From Ilumatobacteraceae bacterium (GTDB lineage Bacteria; Actinomycetota; Acidimicrobiia; Acidimicrobiales; Ilumatobacteraceae): a stretch of DNA of 64,000 bases. The translations under genes and the position numbers were made by a program. Position 1 is the stretch's first letter. Each line of letters begins with the position of its first letter. The DNA lies in assembly GCA_963848145.1 (NCBI GenBank), contig CAWKCN010000013.1, positions 18,268-82,267 of the forward strand, written 5' to 3'. Under the pieces are notes generated by a model. That model had not been told where the DNA came from. It saw only the letters and a list, made by a program, of their open reading frames with translations, and searched no databases. Positions 7,154 through 16,557 of the stretch are shown here, in pieces.

Positions 7154-9577
7154 TCAGCGGTCGATGCGCAAGGGCTCGTCGGCGGTCACGAGCGCGACAT
7201 CGTCGCCGACCTGGACGGGCACGCCGCTGCCCTCCAACACCGTCAGCGTGAGGCCCTCGGCGTCGACGTCGACCTGCAACAGCGAGCCGTGCCGTTGGAG
7301 TCGGAAGCTGAGCGATTCCCATCCATTCGGCAGTCGCGGCGAGAACTCGAGGTGGTTGCCCTGCTCGACCATGCCGGCGAATCCGTTCACGATGCCGGCC
7401 CAGACGCCGCCGGCGTTCGCGACGTGGACGCCGTCGGCGGTGTTGCCGTGGGAGTCGCACAGGTCGAGGTACAGCGACCGAGTGAAGTACTCGAGCGCGA
7501 GTTCGTCGTAGCCGACCTCAGCGGCGACGACCGCCTGGACGCACGACGACAACGACGAGTCCCCGGTGGTGATCGGGTCGTAGAAGTCGAAGTTCCGGCG
7601 CTTCTGCTCGACCGGGAAGCGCTCGGATCGCAGGAACATCGCAAGCACGACATCGGCCTGCTTCAGCACCTGGTGCCGGTAGATCACCAGCGGGTGATAG
7701 TTCAACAACAGCGGGAAGTCGTCCGGCGGCGTCGTCTCCCAGTCCCACGGTTCGAGTTGCAGGAACTCGGAGTCCTGCGGATTGATCCCGAGCTCGTCAT
7801 CGAATGGGATGAACATGGCGTCGGCAGCCGCATCCCACTCGTCGAGTTCCTCCAGGTCGAGCTCGGTGGCCCGGCACAGTGCATCGAACGCCTCTGAGTT
7901 CCACTGGGCGAGGAATCGGACGGTCCGTGCGGCGTAGCGGAGGTTGAACCTGGCCATCACGTTCGTATAGAAGTTGTCGTTGACGACGGTCGTGTACTCG
8001 TCGGGCCCCGTGACCCCATGGATGTGGAACGTCCGCGACCCGTTCTGCGCATAGAAGCCGAGGTCGGCCCAGAGGCGGGCGGTCTCGACGAGGATCTCGG
8101 CGCCTTCGTGCGACAGGAACTCGATGTCTCCCGACGCCTCGAGATAGCGGCGCAGCGCCAGCACGATGGCCGCATTGATGTGATACTGCGCCGTCCCCGC
8201 TGCGTAGTACGCCGACGCTTCCTCGCCGTTGATCGTGCGCCAGGGGTAGAGCGCACCGTTCTGGCTCATCTCGTACGCACGTGTGCGGGCGGAGTCGAGC
8301 ATCTGCCATCGGAAGCGGACGACCTTCCGCGCTGCCTCCGGCATGGTGTAGGCGAGAAAGGGAGCGACGTACACCTCGGTGTCCCAGAAGTAGTGGCCGT
8401 CGTAGCCGCCGCCGGTGACCCCCTTCGCGGCGATGCCCTGCTCCTGGGTGCGTGCAGAGGCCTGCGCCAACTGGAACAGGTTCCACCGCAGTGCCTGCTG
8501 GGCCTGGTCGTCGCCGCGCAGCTCGATGTCCGAGCTCTCCCAGAACTCGTCGAGCCAGTCTCGCTGTTCGGAGACGATCTGATCGATGCCGTCGGCCTCG
8601 GCGCGCTCGAGCGTGCGCGAGCAGCGATCGGCGAGCTCTTCGGCGGGAACGCCGTTCGACGAATGGTACGACACCAGCTTGGTGATCTTGATCGGATCGC
8701 CCGGTGTGGCGCGCACGGTGAACACCGTCTTCGCCAGGTCGGCATCGAGGTGGGTACTCACGTCAGCCTGGCAGGAGGTCTCGATGTGGTGTCGTGTGCC
8801 GCAGGCAAGCGTCATCCGGCTGTTCGCACAGCGGTACCCGAGCACGATCTCGTTGCCGTTCTCGCGTTGGAGGCGAGGTTCCAGCACGCGCTGGCTGAAC
8901 TTGCGGGACTGACGGGGATCCTTCCCCTCGCCGAGTGCTGCGGCCTCGACGTGGTACTCGTCCTCGCCGTCCTGACGGTTGAGGAGTTGCGACGACACCA
9001 CCACCGGCGCCGCGGCATCGAGCAGTGTGATCTCGAACGTCATCACGGCGAGATGGCGGTGGACGAAGCTCACCATGCGCTGCGACGACACCCGCACCCG
9101 TTTGCCGGCCGGTGTGCGCCAGATCATGTCGCGAGTGAGCGAACCGTTGCGGAAGTCGAGGGCCCGCTCGTAGCTGTCGAGATCTGCCGTGGGCAGCAGC
9201 AGCGGTTCGTCGTCGACGTACAACTTGAGCAGCTTCGAGTCGGGGACGTTGACGATGGTCTGGCCGGTCGTGGCGAAACCGAACGCGTCCTCGGCGTGCA
9301 TGATCGGCCAGGTCTCGTGGAACCCGTTGAGGTAGGTGCCGTGGCTGTGGGCCTCGCGGCCCTCCTCCGGGTTGGCGCGCATGCCCAGGTATCCGTTGCC
9401 GACGGCGAACAGGGTCTCGGTGGTGCCGAGGTCGTCGTTGGAGTAGGCGCGCTCGACCAGGCGCCACGGCTCGACGGGGAAGCGATGGCCCGGGAGCCCG
9501 AGTGGGGGTGGCAGGCGATTCACGTCAGTGTCGATGCTCTCACGCACTTGCCCCGGTGGTGGGGGCGTCGATCGCAT
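7154..9577 (-). CDS. Glycoside hydrolase family 65 protein (maltose/trehalose/kojibiose phosphorylase-like)
   Basis: 807 aa. The N-terminal LFAVGNGYLGMRANPEEG signature and the (alpha/alpha)6 catalytic region (…GGGYDGHYFWDTEVY…) are typical of GH65. An alternative GTG start at 9547 would cut the overlap with the upstream gene from 38 nt to 8 nt. Confidence 0.85.
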   Translation of the reverse strand: MRSTPPPPGQVRESIDTDVNRLPPPLGLPGHRFPVEPWRLVERAYSNDDLGTTETLFAVGNGYLGMRANPEEGREAHSHGTYLNGFHETWPIMHAEDAFGFATTGQTIVNVPDSKLLKLYVDDEPLLLPTADLDSYERALDFRNGSLTRDMIWRTPAGKRVRVSSQRMVSFVHRHLAVMTFEITLLDAAAPVVVSSQLLNRQDGEDEYHVEAAALGEGKDPRQSRKFSQRVLEPRLQRENGNEIVLGYRCANSRMTLACGTRHHIETSCQADVSTHLDADLAKTVFTVRATPGDPIKITKLVSYHSSNGVPAEELADRCSRTLERAEADGIDQIVSEQRDWLDEFWESSDIELRGDDQAQQALRWNLFQLAQASARTQEQGIAAKGVTGGGYDGHYFWDTEVYVAPFLAYTMPEAARKVVRFRWQMLDSARTRAYEMSQNGALYPWRTINGEEASAYYAAGTAQYHINAAIVLALRRYLEASGDIEFLSHEGAEILVETARLWADLGFYAQNGSRTFHIHGVTGPDEYTTVVNDNFYTNVMARFNLRYAARTVRFLAQWNSEAFDALCRATELDLEELDEWDAAADAMFIPFDDELGINPQDSEFLQLEPWDWETTPPDDFPLLLNYHPLVIYRHQVLKQADVVLAMFLRSERFPVEQKRRNFDFYDPITTGDSSLSSCVQAVVAAEVGYDELALEYFTRSLYLDLCDSHGNTADGVHVANAGGVWAGIVNGFAGMVEQGNHLEFSPRLPNGWESLSFRLQRHGSLLQVDVDAEGLTLTVLEGSGVPVQVGDDVALVTADEPLRIDR

Positions 9578-11177
9578 CCGAACGCAGCTTCTTGTAGTCG
9601 AGCTTGCCGTTGGCGGCCCGCCCGATCGACGTGACCGCCACCACCCGCTTCGGAGCCTTGTAGGCGGCGAGGCGTGCCTTGACGTGGGCGATCAGGTCCG
9701 CTGCGTCGACGACGTCACCGGCGTGTGGTTCGACCAGTGCGGTGATCGCCTCGCCCCACTTGTCGTCGGGCACTCCGACCACGGCGGCGTCGGCGACTGT
9801 GGGATGGAGTTTGAGGCACTCTTCGACCTCCTCGGGGTACACCTTCTCACCGCCGGTGTTGATGCACTGGCTGCCGCGTCCGAGCAGGGTGACGGTGCCG
9901 TCGGCCTCGACGGTGGCGTAGTCGCCGGGAATCGAGTAGCGCTCGCCGTCGACGACCACGAACGTCTGAGCCGACTTGGCTTCGTCCTTGTAGTAGCCGA
10001 TCGGGGTGCGACCGGGAAGAGCGACCCGGCCGAGTTCACCGGAGCCCGGTACGACATCGCGGCCCTCGTCGGTGATCACCCGGGTGGTCGGGCCGAGCTC
10101 GAACTTGGCCGTCTCGCCCGACGACTCGGCGGTGGTCGTGTTGCTCGCCATGCCGATCGCCTCGCTCGATCCGAGCGAATCGACCATGATCAATCGTGGG
10201 TTGTGGCGCAGCAGCCCCTGCTTGGTCTCCTTCGACCACATGACGCCTGAGGACACCACGACACGCAACGTGGAGATGTCCCACCGATCGGGCTCGGCGT
10301 CGAGCGCGCGGAGGATCGGCTTGGCGAACGCGTCACCGACGATCGACGTCGAGTTGATGCCGAAGTGCTGCACGGTGTCGAGGAACTCCTCGGCGCTGAA
10401 GTGGCGACCCTCCATCGCGGTGATCGAGCCGCCGACCATCAGGTTGCTGATCGCGTTGAACAGACCCGTCCCGTGCATGAGCGGGGCCGCCGGCATGTTG
10501 CGCGGACCTGCTTTGACGATCCGATCGGCGACGGCGTCGAGATCCTGCTCGGGCGGCATGCGCTTCTTGTTGTTGGCGTCGAGCACCCCGAACAGATCGT
10601 CCTGGCGCCACATCACACCCTTGGGCATCCCGGTCGTGCCGCCGGTGTAGAGCAGCATCAGGTGGTCGCCGCTGCGACCCCACGGCCCGCTCACGTTGGC
10701 ATCGGTGCCGGCGGCAGCGGCGTCCTCGTACGGCGTTGCCCAGTCGGGGCAGGCCCCGGTGCCGTCGTCGACCCAGAGCCACGTCTGCACCAGCGGCACC
10801 CGATCCCGGATCGCTTCGCACTGTTCGGCGAAGGCGCCGTGGAAGACGACGACGGTGGCGTCGGCGTTGTCCCAGAGGTACACGAGTTCGTCGGCGGCGT
10901 ATCGGTAGTTGGTGTTGACGACTGCGAAGCCGGCCTTGAACGCGGCGAAGACCGACTCGAGGTACTCGGGGCTGTTGTAGAGGTACTGGGCGACCTTGTG
11001 CTGTTCGGCGGCCCCGTCGACGGCGAGCATCGCGGCCGCGAGGCCGTTGGCGCGACGGTTGAACTCGGCCCATGTGTGAGCCCGAGTTCCCTGCTGTTGC
11101 GCGAGCGCATCAGGGATCTGGGTCGCCACGGTCTCCCACAGGTCAGCAAAGTTCCAACCGGAATCAGTCGTCGTCAC
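9540..11177 (-). CDS. AMP-dependent acyl-CoA synthetase/ligase
   Basis: The in-frame GTG (cac 11175-11177) gives VTTTDSGWNFADLWE... The AMP-binding motif LLYTGGTTGMPKGVMW is present. The upstream 96 codons of the 641-aa ORF are Arg/Ser/Pro-rich and unlikely to be coding. Confidence 0.85.
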   Translation of the reverse strand: MTTTDSGWNFADLWETVATQIPDALAQQQGTRAHTWAEFNRRANGLAAAMLAVDGAAEQHKVAQYLYNSPEYLESVFAAFKAGFAVVNTNYRYAADELVYLWDNADATVVVFHGAFAEQCEAIRDRVPLVQTWLWVDDGTGACPDWATPYEDAAAAGTDANVSGPWGRSGDHLMLLYTGGTTGMPKGVMWRQDDLFGVLDANNKKRMPPEQDLDAVADRIVKAGPRNMPAAPLMHGTGLFNAISNLMVGGSITAMEGRHFSAEEFLDTVQHFGINSTSIVGDAFAKPILRALDAEPDRWDISTLRVVVSSGVMWSKETKQGLLRHNPRLIMVDSLGSSEAIGMASNTTTAESSGETAKFELGPTTRVITDEGRDVVPGSGELGRVALPGRTPIGYYKDEAKSAQTFVVVDGERYSIPGDYATVEADGTVTLLGRGSQCINTGGEKVYPEEVEECLKLHPTVADAAVVGVPDDKWGEAITALVEPHAGDVVDAADLIAHVKARLAAYKAPKRVVAVTSIGRAANGKLDYKKLRSDAIDAPTTGASA

Positions 11178-11229
11178 GCCGACGAAGCTACCGGTTCGGT
11201 TCGGGCGGGGGCGGGGCCGGCGACCGCCG

Positions 11230-12036
11230 TCAGGTTTCGGGTGGCCCCTGGACGAGGCGGTCGTAGGCGGCAGCGACGGGGGAGTGCTCCGACATCGCCT
11301 GCCACATCGACTCGATCCACCAGGTCGCCCCAGCGTCCTTGTACGCAGCGGGCGAGTGTTCGGACATGGTGCCCTCGACGATGATGTCGACGTCATCGCC
11401 TGGACGGCTGTCGTCGAGCTGCGCTCGAAGCTCGACGACCTCGTCGAGGTGCGGCTGTCGTGCACCCCCAGGACCGTCGAGCACCTGTGGGATCACGCCG
11501 TCCCACCGGGTGGCCCGAGCCATCGACTTCGGATGGCCGAGCGCGCCGACACACCAGATCGGTACCCGTGGTTGTTGCACGGTGTTGCCGATCGTCGGGA
11601 ACTCGGTCGGCTCGACGGTGAAGTGCTTGCCGTCGTGGCGGAACGGCTGGCCGCCCCACAGCCCGCAGGCGATGTCGAGACACTCGTCCATCAGCTCGGC
11701 CCGGGTGCGCCGGTCGCACTCCTCGCCGAAGGTGTCGAAGCCAGAGTCGATTGCGCCGAGCCCCACCGACAGCGTCACCCGGCCTGCCGAGATCCGGTCG
11801 ACGGTGGCCACCTGGCTGGCGAGTTCCCACGGCCGCCGGCGTGACGGAGGAGTGAGCAGCGTGCCGAGGCGGATCTTCGACGTGCGGACCGCCGCGAGGC
11901 CCAGCGCGATCCAGGCGTCGACGCCCCACACCGGCTCCCACACGAACAGGCCGTCCCACCCGGCCCCCTCGGCCGCGGCGGCGAGATCGCCGATGTCCTC
12001 GGCGTCACCCCACGGCACCACGAACCCGAACTGCAT
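11230..12036 (-). CDS. LLM-class (luciferase-like) flavin/F420-dependent oxidoreductase
   Basis: The internal ATG (cat 12034-12036) gives MQFGFVVPWGDAEDIGDLAAAAEGAGWDGLFVWE..., a typical LLM TIM-barrel N-terminus. 268 aa. Confidence 0.8.
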   Translation of the reverse strand: MQFGFVVPWGDAEDIGDLAAAAEGAGWDGLFVWEPVWGVDAWIALGLAAVRTSKIRLGTLLTPPSRRRPWELASQVATVDRISAGRVTLSVGLGAIDSGFDTFGEECDRRTRAELMDECLDIACGLWGGQPFRHDGKHFTVEPTEFPTIGNTVQQPRVPIWCVGALGHPKSMARATRWDGVIPQVLDGPGGARQPHLDEVVELRAQLDDSRPGDDVDIIVEGTMSEHSPAAYKDAGATWWIESMWQAMSEHSPVAAAYDRLVQGPPET

Positions 12037-12145
12037 GTCCTCGACCGTAGACCCTCGGCGCAGCCCGTGCACGCGGTCGCACCGAGAGTGACGGGCGGGG
12101 CGGTCGTTGCTGACGGCTGTCCCGACGGGGCCTACAGTCTCGGCC

Positions 12146-13285
12146 ATGGCCAACGCCTCCACGATCGTCGACGCCGCACGCGATCTCGCCGAGCTGATCG
12201 AAGCCAACGCCGACGACGGCGAACGGATCCGTCGACTGCCGCTCGCCTCCGTCAAGGGACTCACCGACGCCCAACTCCTCCGGATGTGCGTGCCGTCGGT
12301 CTACGACGGACCCGAAGTGGATCCGGTGACGATGGTCGAGGCGATCGAAGCGGTCGCGCACAGTGACGGTGCGGCGGGCTGGTGCACGATGATCGCGTCG
12401 ACGACCTCGTCGATGGCGTCGCTGCTCCCGGAGGCGGCGGCGCGGGAGATCTACGGTGATCCGACCTCGATCACCGGAGGCGTGTTCGCACCGAACGGGA
12501 AGGGTGTTGCGGCCTCGTTCGACGGCGTCGACGGGTTCTCGGTCAGTGGCCGATGGGCGTGGGGGAGCGGAACGCAGCATTGCCGGTGGGTGCTCGGCGG
12601 CGCGTTGTGTGACGACGGAACCTTCCGGCTGTGCTGGTTCCCGCAGGCGGAGGTCACCTTCCACGACACCTGGTACACCACCGGCATGCGGGGGTCGGGC
12701 TCACTCGACTACTCGGTCACCGACGTCTTCGTGCCGCTCGAACGAACGATCCAGCCGGCGGTGACACCGCCGGTGGTGCGCACGCCGCTGTCGCAGTTCC
12801 CCAACTTCACGCTCCTCGCCGCCGGGGTTTCCGCGGTGGGACTCGGCGTCGCCCGGCGCTCGATCGACGAGCTCGTCGATCTCGCCCAGGGCAAGAAGCC
12901 GCAGTACTCGTCGAAGACGCTCGCGCAGAGCGGCTTCACCCAGATCGAGTTGGCGCGTGCCGAGGCCAAGCTCCGCGCCGCCCGGGCGTTCCTGCTCGAC
13001 GAACTGGGCTCGGCCTGGGACACCGCCGTGGCGGGCGCCGAGGTCACGGTGGCGGCGCGCACCGGGATCCGCCTGGCCGCCACCCACGCCGCAACGGTCG
13101 GCGCCGAGGTGGCCGACATCGCATTCACGCTCGCCGGCGGCACGGCGGTGTACGACAGCAGCGTGCTCGGACGCTGCCTCCGCGACGCCCACATCGTCAC
13201 CCAGCACATCCAGACCGCACCCAAGCTCAACGAGACGATCGGCAAGCTGCTGCTCGGCCTCGACGTCGACACCTCGATGTTCTGA
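12146..13285 (+). CDS. Acyl-CoA dehydrogenase-fold flavin-dependent monooxygenase-like protein (HsaA/DszC/C2-HpaH type)
   Basis: The sequence MANASTIVDAARDLAELIEANADDGERIRRLP...GRWAWGSGTQHCRW...WYTTGMRGSGS resembles group D flavin monooxygenase oxygenase components. The longest ORF starts at 12107; the ATG at 12146 is preferred. Confidence 0.75.
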   Translation: MANASTIVDAARDLAELIEANADDGERIRRLPLASVKGLTDAQLLRMCVPSVYDGPEVDPVTMVEAIEAVAHSDGAAGWCTMIASTTSSMASLLPEAAAREIYGDPTSITGGVFAPNGKGVAASFDGVDGFSVSGRWAWGSGTQHCRWVLGGALCDDGTFRLCWFPQAEVTFHDTWYTTGMRGSGSLDYSVTDVFVPLERTIQPAVTPPVVRTPLSQFPNFTLLAAGVSAVGLGVARRSIDELVDLAQGKKPQYSSKTLAQSGFTQIELARAEAKLRAARAFLLDELGSAWDTAVAGAEVTVAARTGIRLAATHAATVGAEVADIAFTLAGGTAVYDSSVLGRCLRDAHIVTQHIQTAPKLNETIGKLLLGLDVDTSMF

Positions 13286-13296
13286 TCGGACCGCTG

Positions 13297-14076
13297 ATGG
13301 ACACGATCACCACTCAACGCGAAGGCGACCTGCTGATCGTCACGATCGACCACCCGGCGTCTGCGATGAATGCCGTCGACGAGCAGTTGCATCACGACCT
13401 GTGGCTGCTCTTCCGCGAGTTGGCGAGCGAGAGCGACGCTCGGGCGATTCTGCTCACCGGTTCGGGGCGGGCGTTCTCCGCCGGTGGCGACATGTCGTGG
13501 TTCCCGGAGCTGCGCAGCCCCGAACGGTTGCATGCGCTGCGTCGCGAAGGCAAGCAATTGATCTGGAACCTGCTCGACGTCGAGGTGCCGATCGTGTGTG
13601 CGCTCAACGGCCCAGCCGTCGGTCTCGGTGCATCCATCGCGCTGCTGTGCGACGTGATCGTGATGGCCGACGACGCCACGATCGTCGACCCCCACGTCCA
13701 AGTCGGCCTCGTCGCCGGCGACGGCGGCGCGGCGATCTGGCCGCTCCTGCTCGGGCCCCTCGCCGCGAAGCGCCACCTGCTGCTCGGCGATCCGCTCCGC
13801 GCCGACGATGCGCTGCGCATGGGGGTCGCTGCCGAGGTGTGCGCCGCGGCGGATGTCGCCGCCGTCGCACGCAGCTGGGCGTCGCGCCTCGCCGCGCAGG
13901 CACCGCTCGCCCTGCAGGCGACGAAACTCGCGGTCAACGCTCAGGTCAAACAGGCGTTGCTCACCAGCTTCGACGTGTCGATGGCGCTGGAGATCAGCTG
14001 TTTCCACTCTGCAGATCACGCCGAGGCGGTCAACGCCTTCGTCGACAAACGCACACCCAGATTCGAGGGACGATGA
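13297..14076 (+). CDS. Enoyl-CoA hydratase/isomerase (crotonase) family protein
   Basis: 259 aa. The sequence MDTITTQREGDLLIVTIDHPASAMNAV...LTGSGRAFSAGGD...ALNGPAVGLG matches crotonase-fold oxyanion-hole motifs. Confidence 0.9.
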   Translation: MDTITTQREGDLLIVTIDHPASAMNAVDEQLHHDLWLLFRELASESDARAILLTGSGRAFSAGGDMSWFPELRSPERLHALRREGKQLIWNLLDVEVPIVCALNGPAVGLGASIALLCDVIVMADDATIVDPHVQVGLVAGDGGAAIWPLLLGPLAAKRHLLLGDPLRADDALRMGVAAEVCAAADVAAVARSWASRLAAQAPLALQATKLAVNAQVKQALLTSFDVSMALEISCFHSADHAEAVNAFVDKRTPRFEGR

Positions 14077-14762
14077 ACTCCACTGCCACCAACGTCGACG
14101 CCATCGAGGCGTTGATGACGACGCGAGCGATCCGCCGGTTCAGTGACGAGCCCGTCACCGACGACGAGATCGCGACCTGCCTGCGGGCGGCTCAGCAAGC
14201 GCCGAGCGGCGGCAACGTGCAGCCCCAGCAGTACGTCGTGGTGACCGACCCGGAGCACAAGGCCGAGATCGCCGAGCTCTACCGCTCGTCGTTCGATCGG
14301 TACGAGAAGTCGCTGCCGGACGCATCCGCGTTCCGCGACGAGGCCCAGGCCGAGTCGTGGCGCAAGACCCGTGCTGCGAGCCGCCACCTTGCCGACCATG
14401 TGCAGGATGCGCCTGCGATCGTGTTCTTTCTCCAACCGATCATCCCGTGGACCCCGTCCGACGAGGAGGGGCCGATGGACATCGGACGGCTCGACGCCAG
14501 CGTGTACCCGGCGGTGCAGAACTTCTGCGTGGCCGCACGTGCGCTCGGGATCGGGACGTCGCTCACCACGGTCATCCGCATCAACGCCGCGGCGACACTG
14601 GCCGCCCTCGGGGTGCCGGCGAACGACGACGGCAGTCCACGGTTCGAGATCGCTGCGTGCATTCCCATGGGCCGTCCGGCCGGCAGGTTCGGCGTGGCAC
14701 CGCGCAAGCCTGCGAGCGCGGTGACCCACTGGAACACCTACGGCAACCGCCGCCGCGACTGA
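14073..14762 (+). CDS. Nitroreductase family protein
   Basis: The ATG at 14073 overlaps the hydratase TGA (ATGA). The sequence ...LMTTRAIRRFSDEPVTDDEIATCLRAAQQAPSGGNVQPQQYVVV is the characteristic nitroreductase N-terminal FMN-binding region. Confidence 0.85.
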   Translation: MNSTATNVDAIEALMTTRAIRRFSDEPVTDDEIATCLRAAQQAPSGGNVQPQQYVVVTDPEHKAEIAELYRSSFDRYEKSLPDASAFRDEAQAESWRKTRAASRHLADHVQDAPAIVFFLQPIIPWTPSDEEGPMDIGRLDASVYPAVQNFCVAARALGIGTSLTTVIRINAAATLAALGVPANDDGSPRFEIAACIPMGRPAGRFGVAPRKPASAVTHWNTYGNRRRD

Positions 14763-14778
14763 CACCTCGCGGTTCCCC

Positions 14779-14811
14779 GCGGTTCCCCGTGCCCTGGGCA
14801 CGGGGAACCGC
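14779..14811. repeat. Family-2 palindrome copy 1: GCGGTTCCCCGTGCCC-T-GGGCACGGGGAACCGC
   Basis: Perfect 16-bp arms. It lies 17 nt after the nitroreductase stop and 25 nt before the P450 ATG. It is preceded by a direct duplication of GCGGTTCCCC (14769-14778). It shares its core with the copies at 30048-30086 and 52520-52548. Confidence 0.85.
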
Positions 14812-14835
14812 GACGTGGTCTGCGACGATGTGGCG

Positions 14836-16029
14836 ATGACCGCCACCGAGACCGACCGCCTCGTCGTCGACCTGCTCGACCCGTTCCTCTATCAGCGCAA
14901 CCCTCACGACGTCTGGGCGTGGATGCGGGCCAACGAACCGGTGTACCGAGACGACCGCAACGGGCTGTGGGCGGTGACCCGCCACGCCGACCTGATGGAC
15001 GTCGAGCGTCGATCGACGGTGTTCCTGTCGGGCCAGGGCTATCGGGCGCTGTGGTCGCCCGAGGAGATCAACATGATCGCCCAGGACGATCCGCGCCACC
15101 GCCAACAACGGATGCTCGTACAACCGAAGCTCACCGGCAGGTCGGTGGCACAACGCCAGGCCGAGATCGTCACGCTCGTCGGGGAACTGATCGACGACGC
15201 GCTCGCTGCCGGCGACGAGATGGACGTGATCGACGCGCTCGCCGGTCAACTCCCCGCACGGTTCACCGCTCGGATCCTCGGATTCCCGGAGGAGATGTGG
15301 CCGCAGATCAAGTCGTGGTCCGAGCGGCTCATGCGCACCGACGATCGCGACCGCAACGGCGAGTCGTTCCGCGACTTCTTCGCCGCCAACATGGAGTTCG
15401 TCGGCGTGCTCGGGGAGATCGCCCCGAAGAAGTTGGCCGAGCCCGGTGACGATCTGATCAGTACGTGGCTCCACGCCACGATCGACGGCGAACCTCTGCC
15501 GCCGCAGGCGATCGTCCACGAGGTCGGCCTGTTCATCGCCGGTGGTGCCGAGACGACTCGCACGGCGATCAGCCATGGCCTCCACGCCTTCAGCCAACAC
15601 CCCGAGCAGTGGGAGGCGATGGCCGCCGACCCCGATCTGGTTCCCGGCGCCGTCGAGGAGGTCCTGCGCTGGGTGACCCCGCTCAACAACTTCTTCCGCC
15701 GTGCAGCGACGGACGATCACATCGGCGACCAGCCGGTCGAGCAGGGCGACCGGATCATCCTGCTGTACCCGTCGGCGAACCGAGACGAAGCGGTGTTCGC
15801 CGATCCGTTCACGTTCGACATCCGTCGTGACCCGAACCCGCACGTGGCGTTCGGGTTCGGTACCCACCTCTGCATCGGCACCCACGTGGCGCGGGCGTCG
15901 TTGGCGGCGGTGTTCGGTCAGCTGAGCCGACGCGTCACTGAGCTCCGAGTGGTCGAGGAACCGGTCGTCGAAGCGAACATCTTCGCTCGAGCCGTCCGGT
16001 CGTTCCGCATCGGCTACACCGTGCGGTAG
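14836..16029 (+). CDS. Cytochrome P450
   Basis: Heme-binding loop FGFGTHLCIGTHVA (FxxGxxxCxG), I-helix AGGAETT, and K-helix EEVLRW (ExxR). The longest ORF begins at GTG 14815, only 4 nt after the palindrome, so ATG 14836 is preferred. Confidence 0.9.
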   Translation: MTATETDRLVVDLLDPFLYQRNPHDVWAWMRANEPVYRDDRNGLWAVTRHADLMDVERRSTVFLSGQGYRALWSPEEINMIAQDDPRHRQQRMLVQPKLTGRSVAQRQAEIVTLVGELIDDALAAGDEMDVIDALAGQLPARFTARILGFPEEMWPQIKSWSERLMRTDDRDRNGESFRDFFAANMEFVGVLGEIAPKKLAEPGDDLISTWLHATIDGEPLPPQAIVHEVGLFIAGGAETTRTAISHGLHAFSQHPEQWEAMAADPDLVPGAVEEVLRWVTPLNNFFRRAATDDHIGDQPVEQGDRIILLYPSANRDEAVFADPFTFDIRRDPNPHVAFGFGTHLCIGTHVARASLAAVFGQLSRRVTELRVVEEPVVEANIFARAVRSFRIGYTVR

Positions 16030-16047
16030 GCCGATACTGCACATCCG

Positions 16048-16482
16048 TTGGCCGATGAGGTCGAGGCATTTCGGGCTGCTCGCGAGGACCTCGCGGATGA
16101 TCTCGCCGTTGCATCGCTCGAGCATTCGAATGAACCGTTCGACACGCGGTGGTCGAGGGGAGAGACTGACATCGTGGAGTTGCCGACCGGGTTGCAGTTC
16201 GTGCGGAGCACCTCGGTCTTCGACGAACGCTCGGTACCTGCAGGACTGCTCGCTGCGCATCGCGTCAGCGAGGGTGTGTGGGGACGTCTCGTGGTGGTCT
16301 CGGGCCAACTCGACTTCGTGTTCGAGGACGCCGCGCAGGCGGCGCTCCGCAACCAGTCGGGACGCCGCACGGTTCGTACGGGAGACGTGCAGGTGATTCC
16401 GCCCGGCGAACTCCATCACGTCGAGGTCGACGGCCCCGTCGAATTCCACGTCGAGTTCCATCGGGCCGAAACAAGCCCGTGA
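16048..16482 (+). CDS. DUF1971 (YeaR/TehB C-terminal-like) domain protein
   Basis: 144 aa. The C-terminal segment ...ERSVPAGLLAAHRVSEGVWGRLVVVSGQLDFVFED...VIPPGELHHVE resembles the cupin-like DUF1971 tellurite-resistance-related domain. The assignment is from memory of the family pattern only. Confidence 0.5.
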   Translation: MADEVEAFRAAREDLADDLAVASLEHSNEPFDTRWSRGETDIVELPTGLQFVRSTSVFDERSVPAGLLAAHRVSEGVWGRLVVVSGQLDFVFEDAAQAALRNQSGRRTVRTGDVQVIPPGELHHVEVDGPVEFHVEFHRAETSP

Positions 16483-16557
16483 TCGAGCGCGATGGGAGCG
16501 TCGACCAAGCGGTGCATCTGATGTCTGCCGACGCGGTCCATCGGACCAGACCGCCGA

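Noticed and set aside
9540-9577. 38-nt overlap between the GH65 start and the acyl-CoA ligase stop
   Set aside because: This is most likely a start-codon choice artefact, since an in-frame GTG at 9547 reduces the overlap to 8 nt. It is not evidence of unusual overlapping coding.
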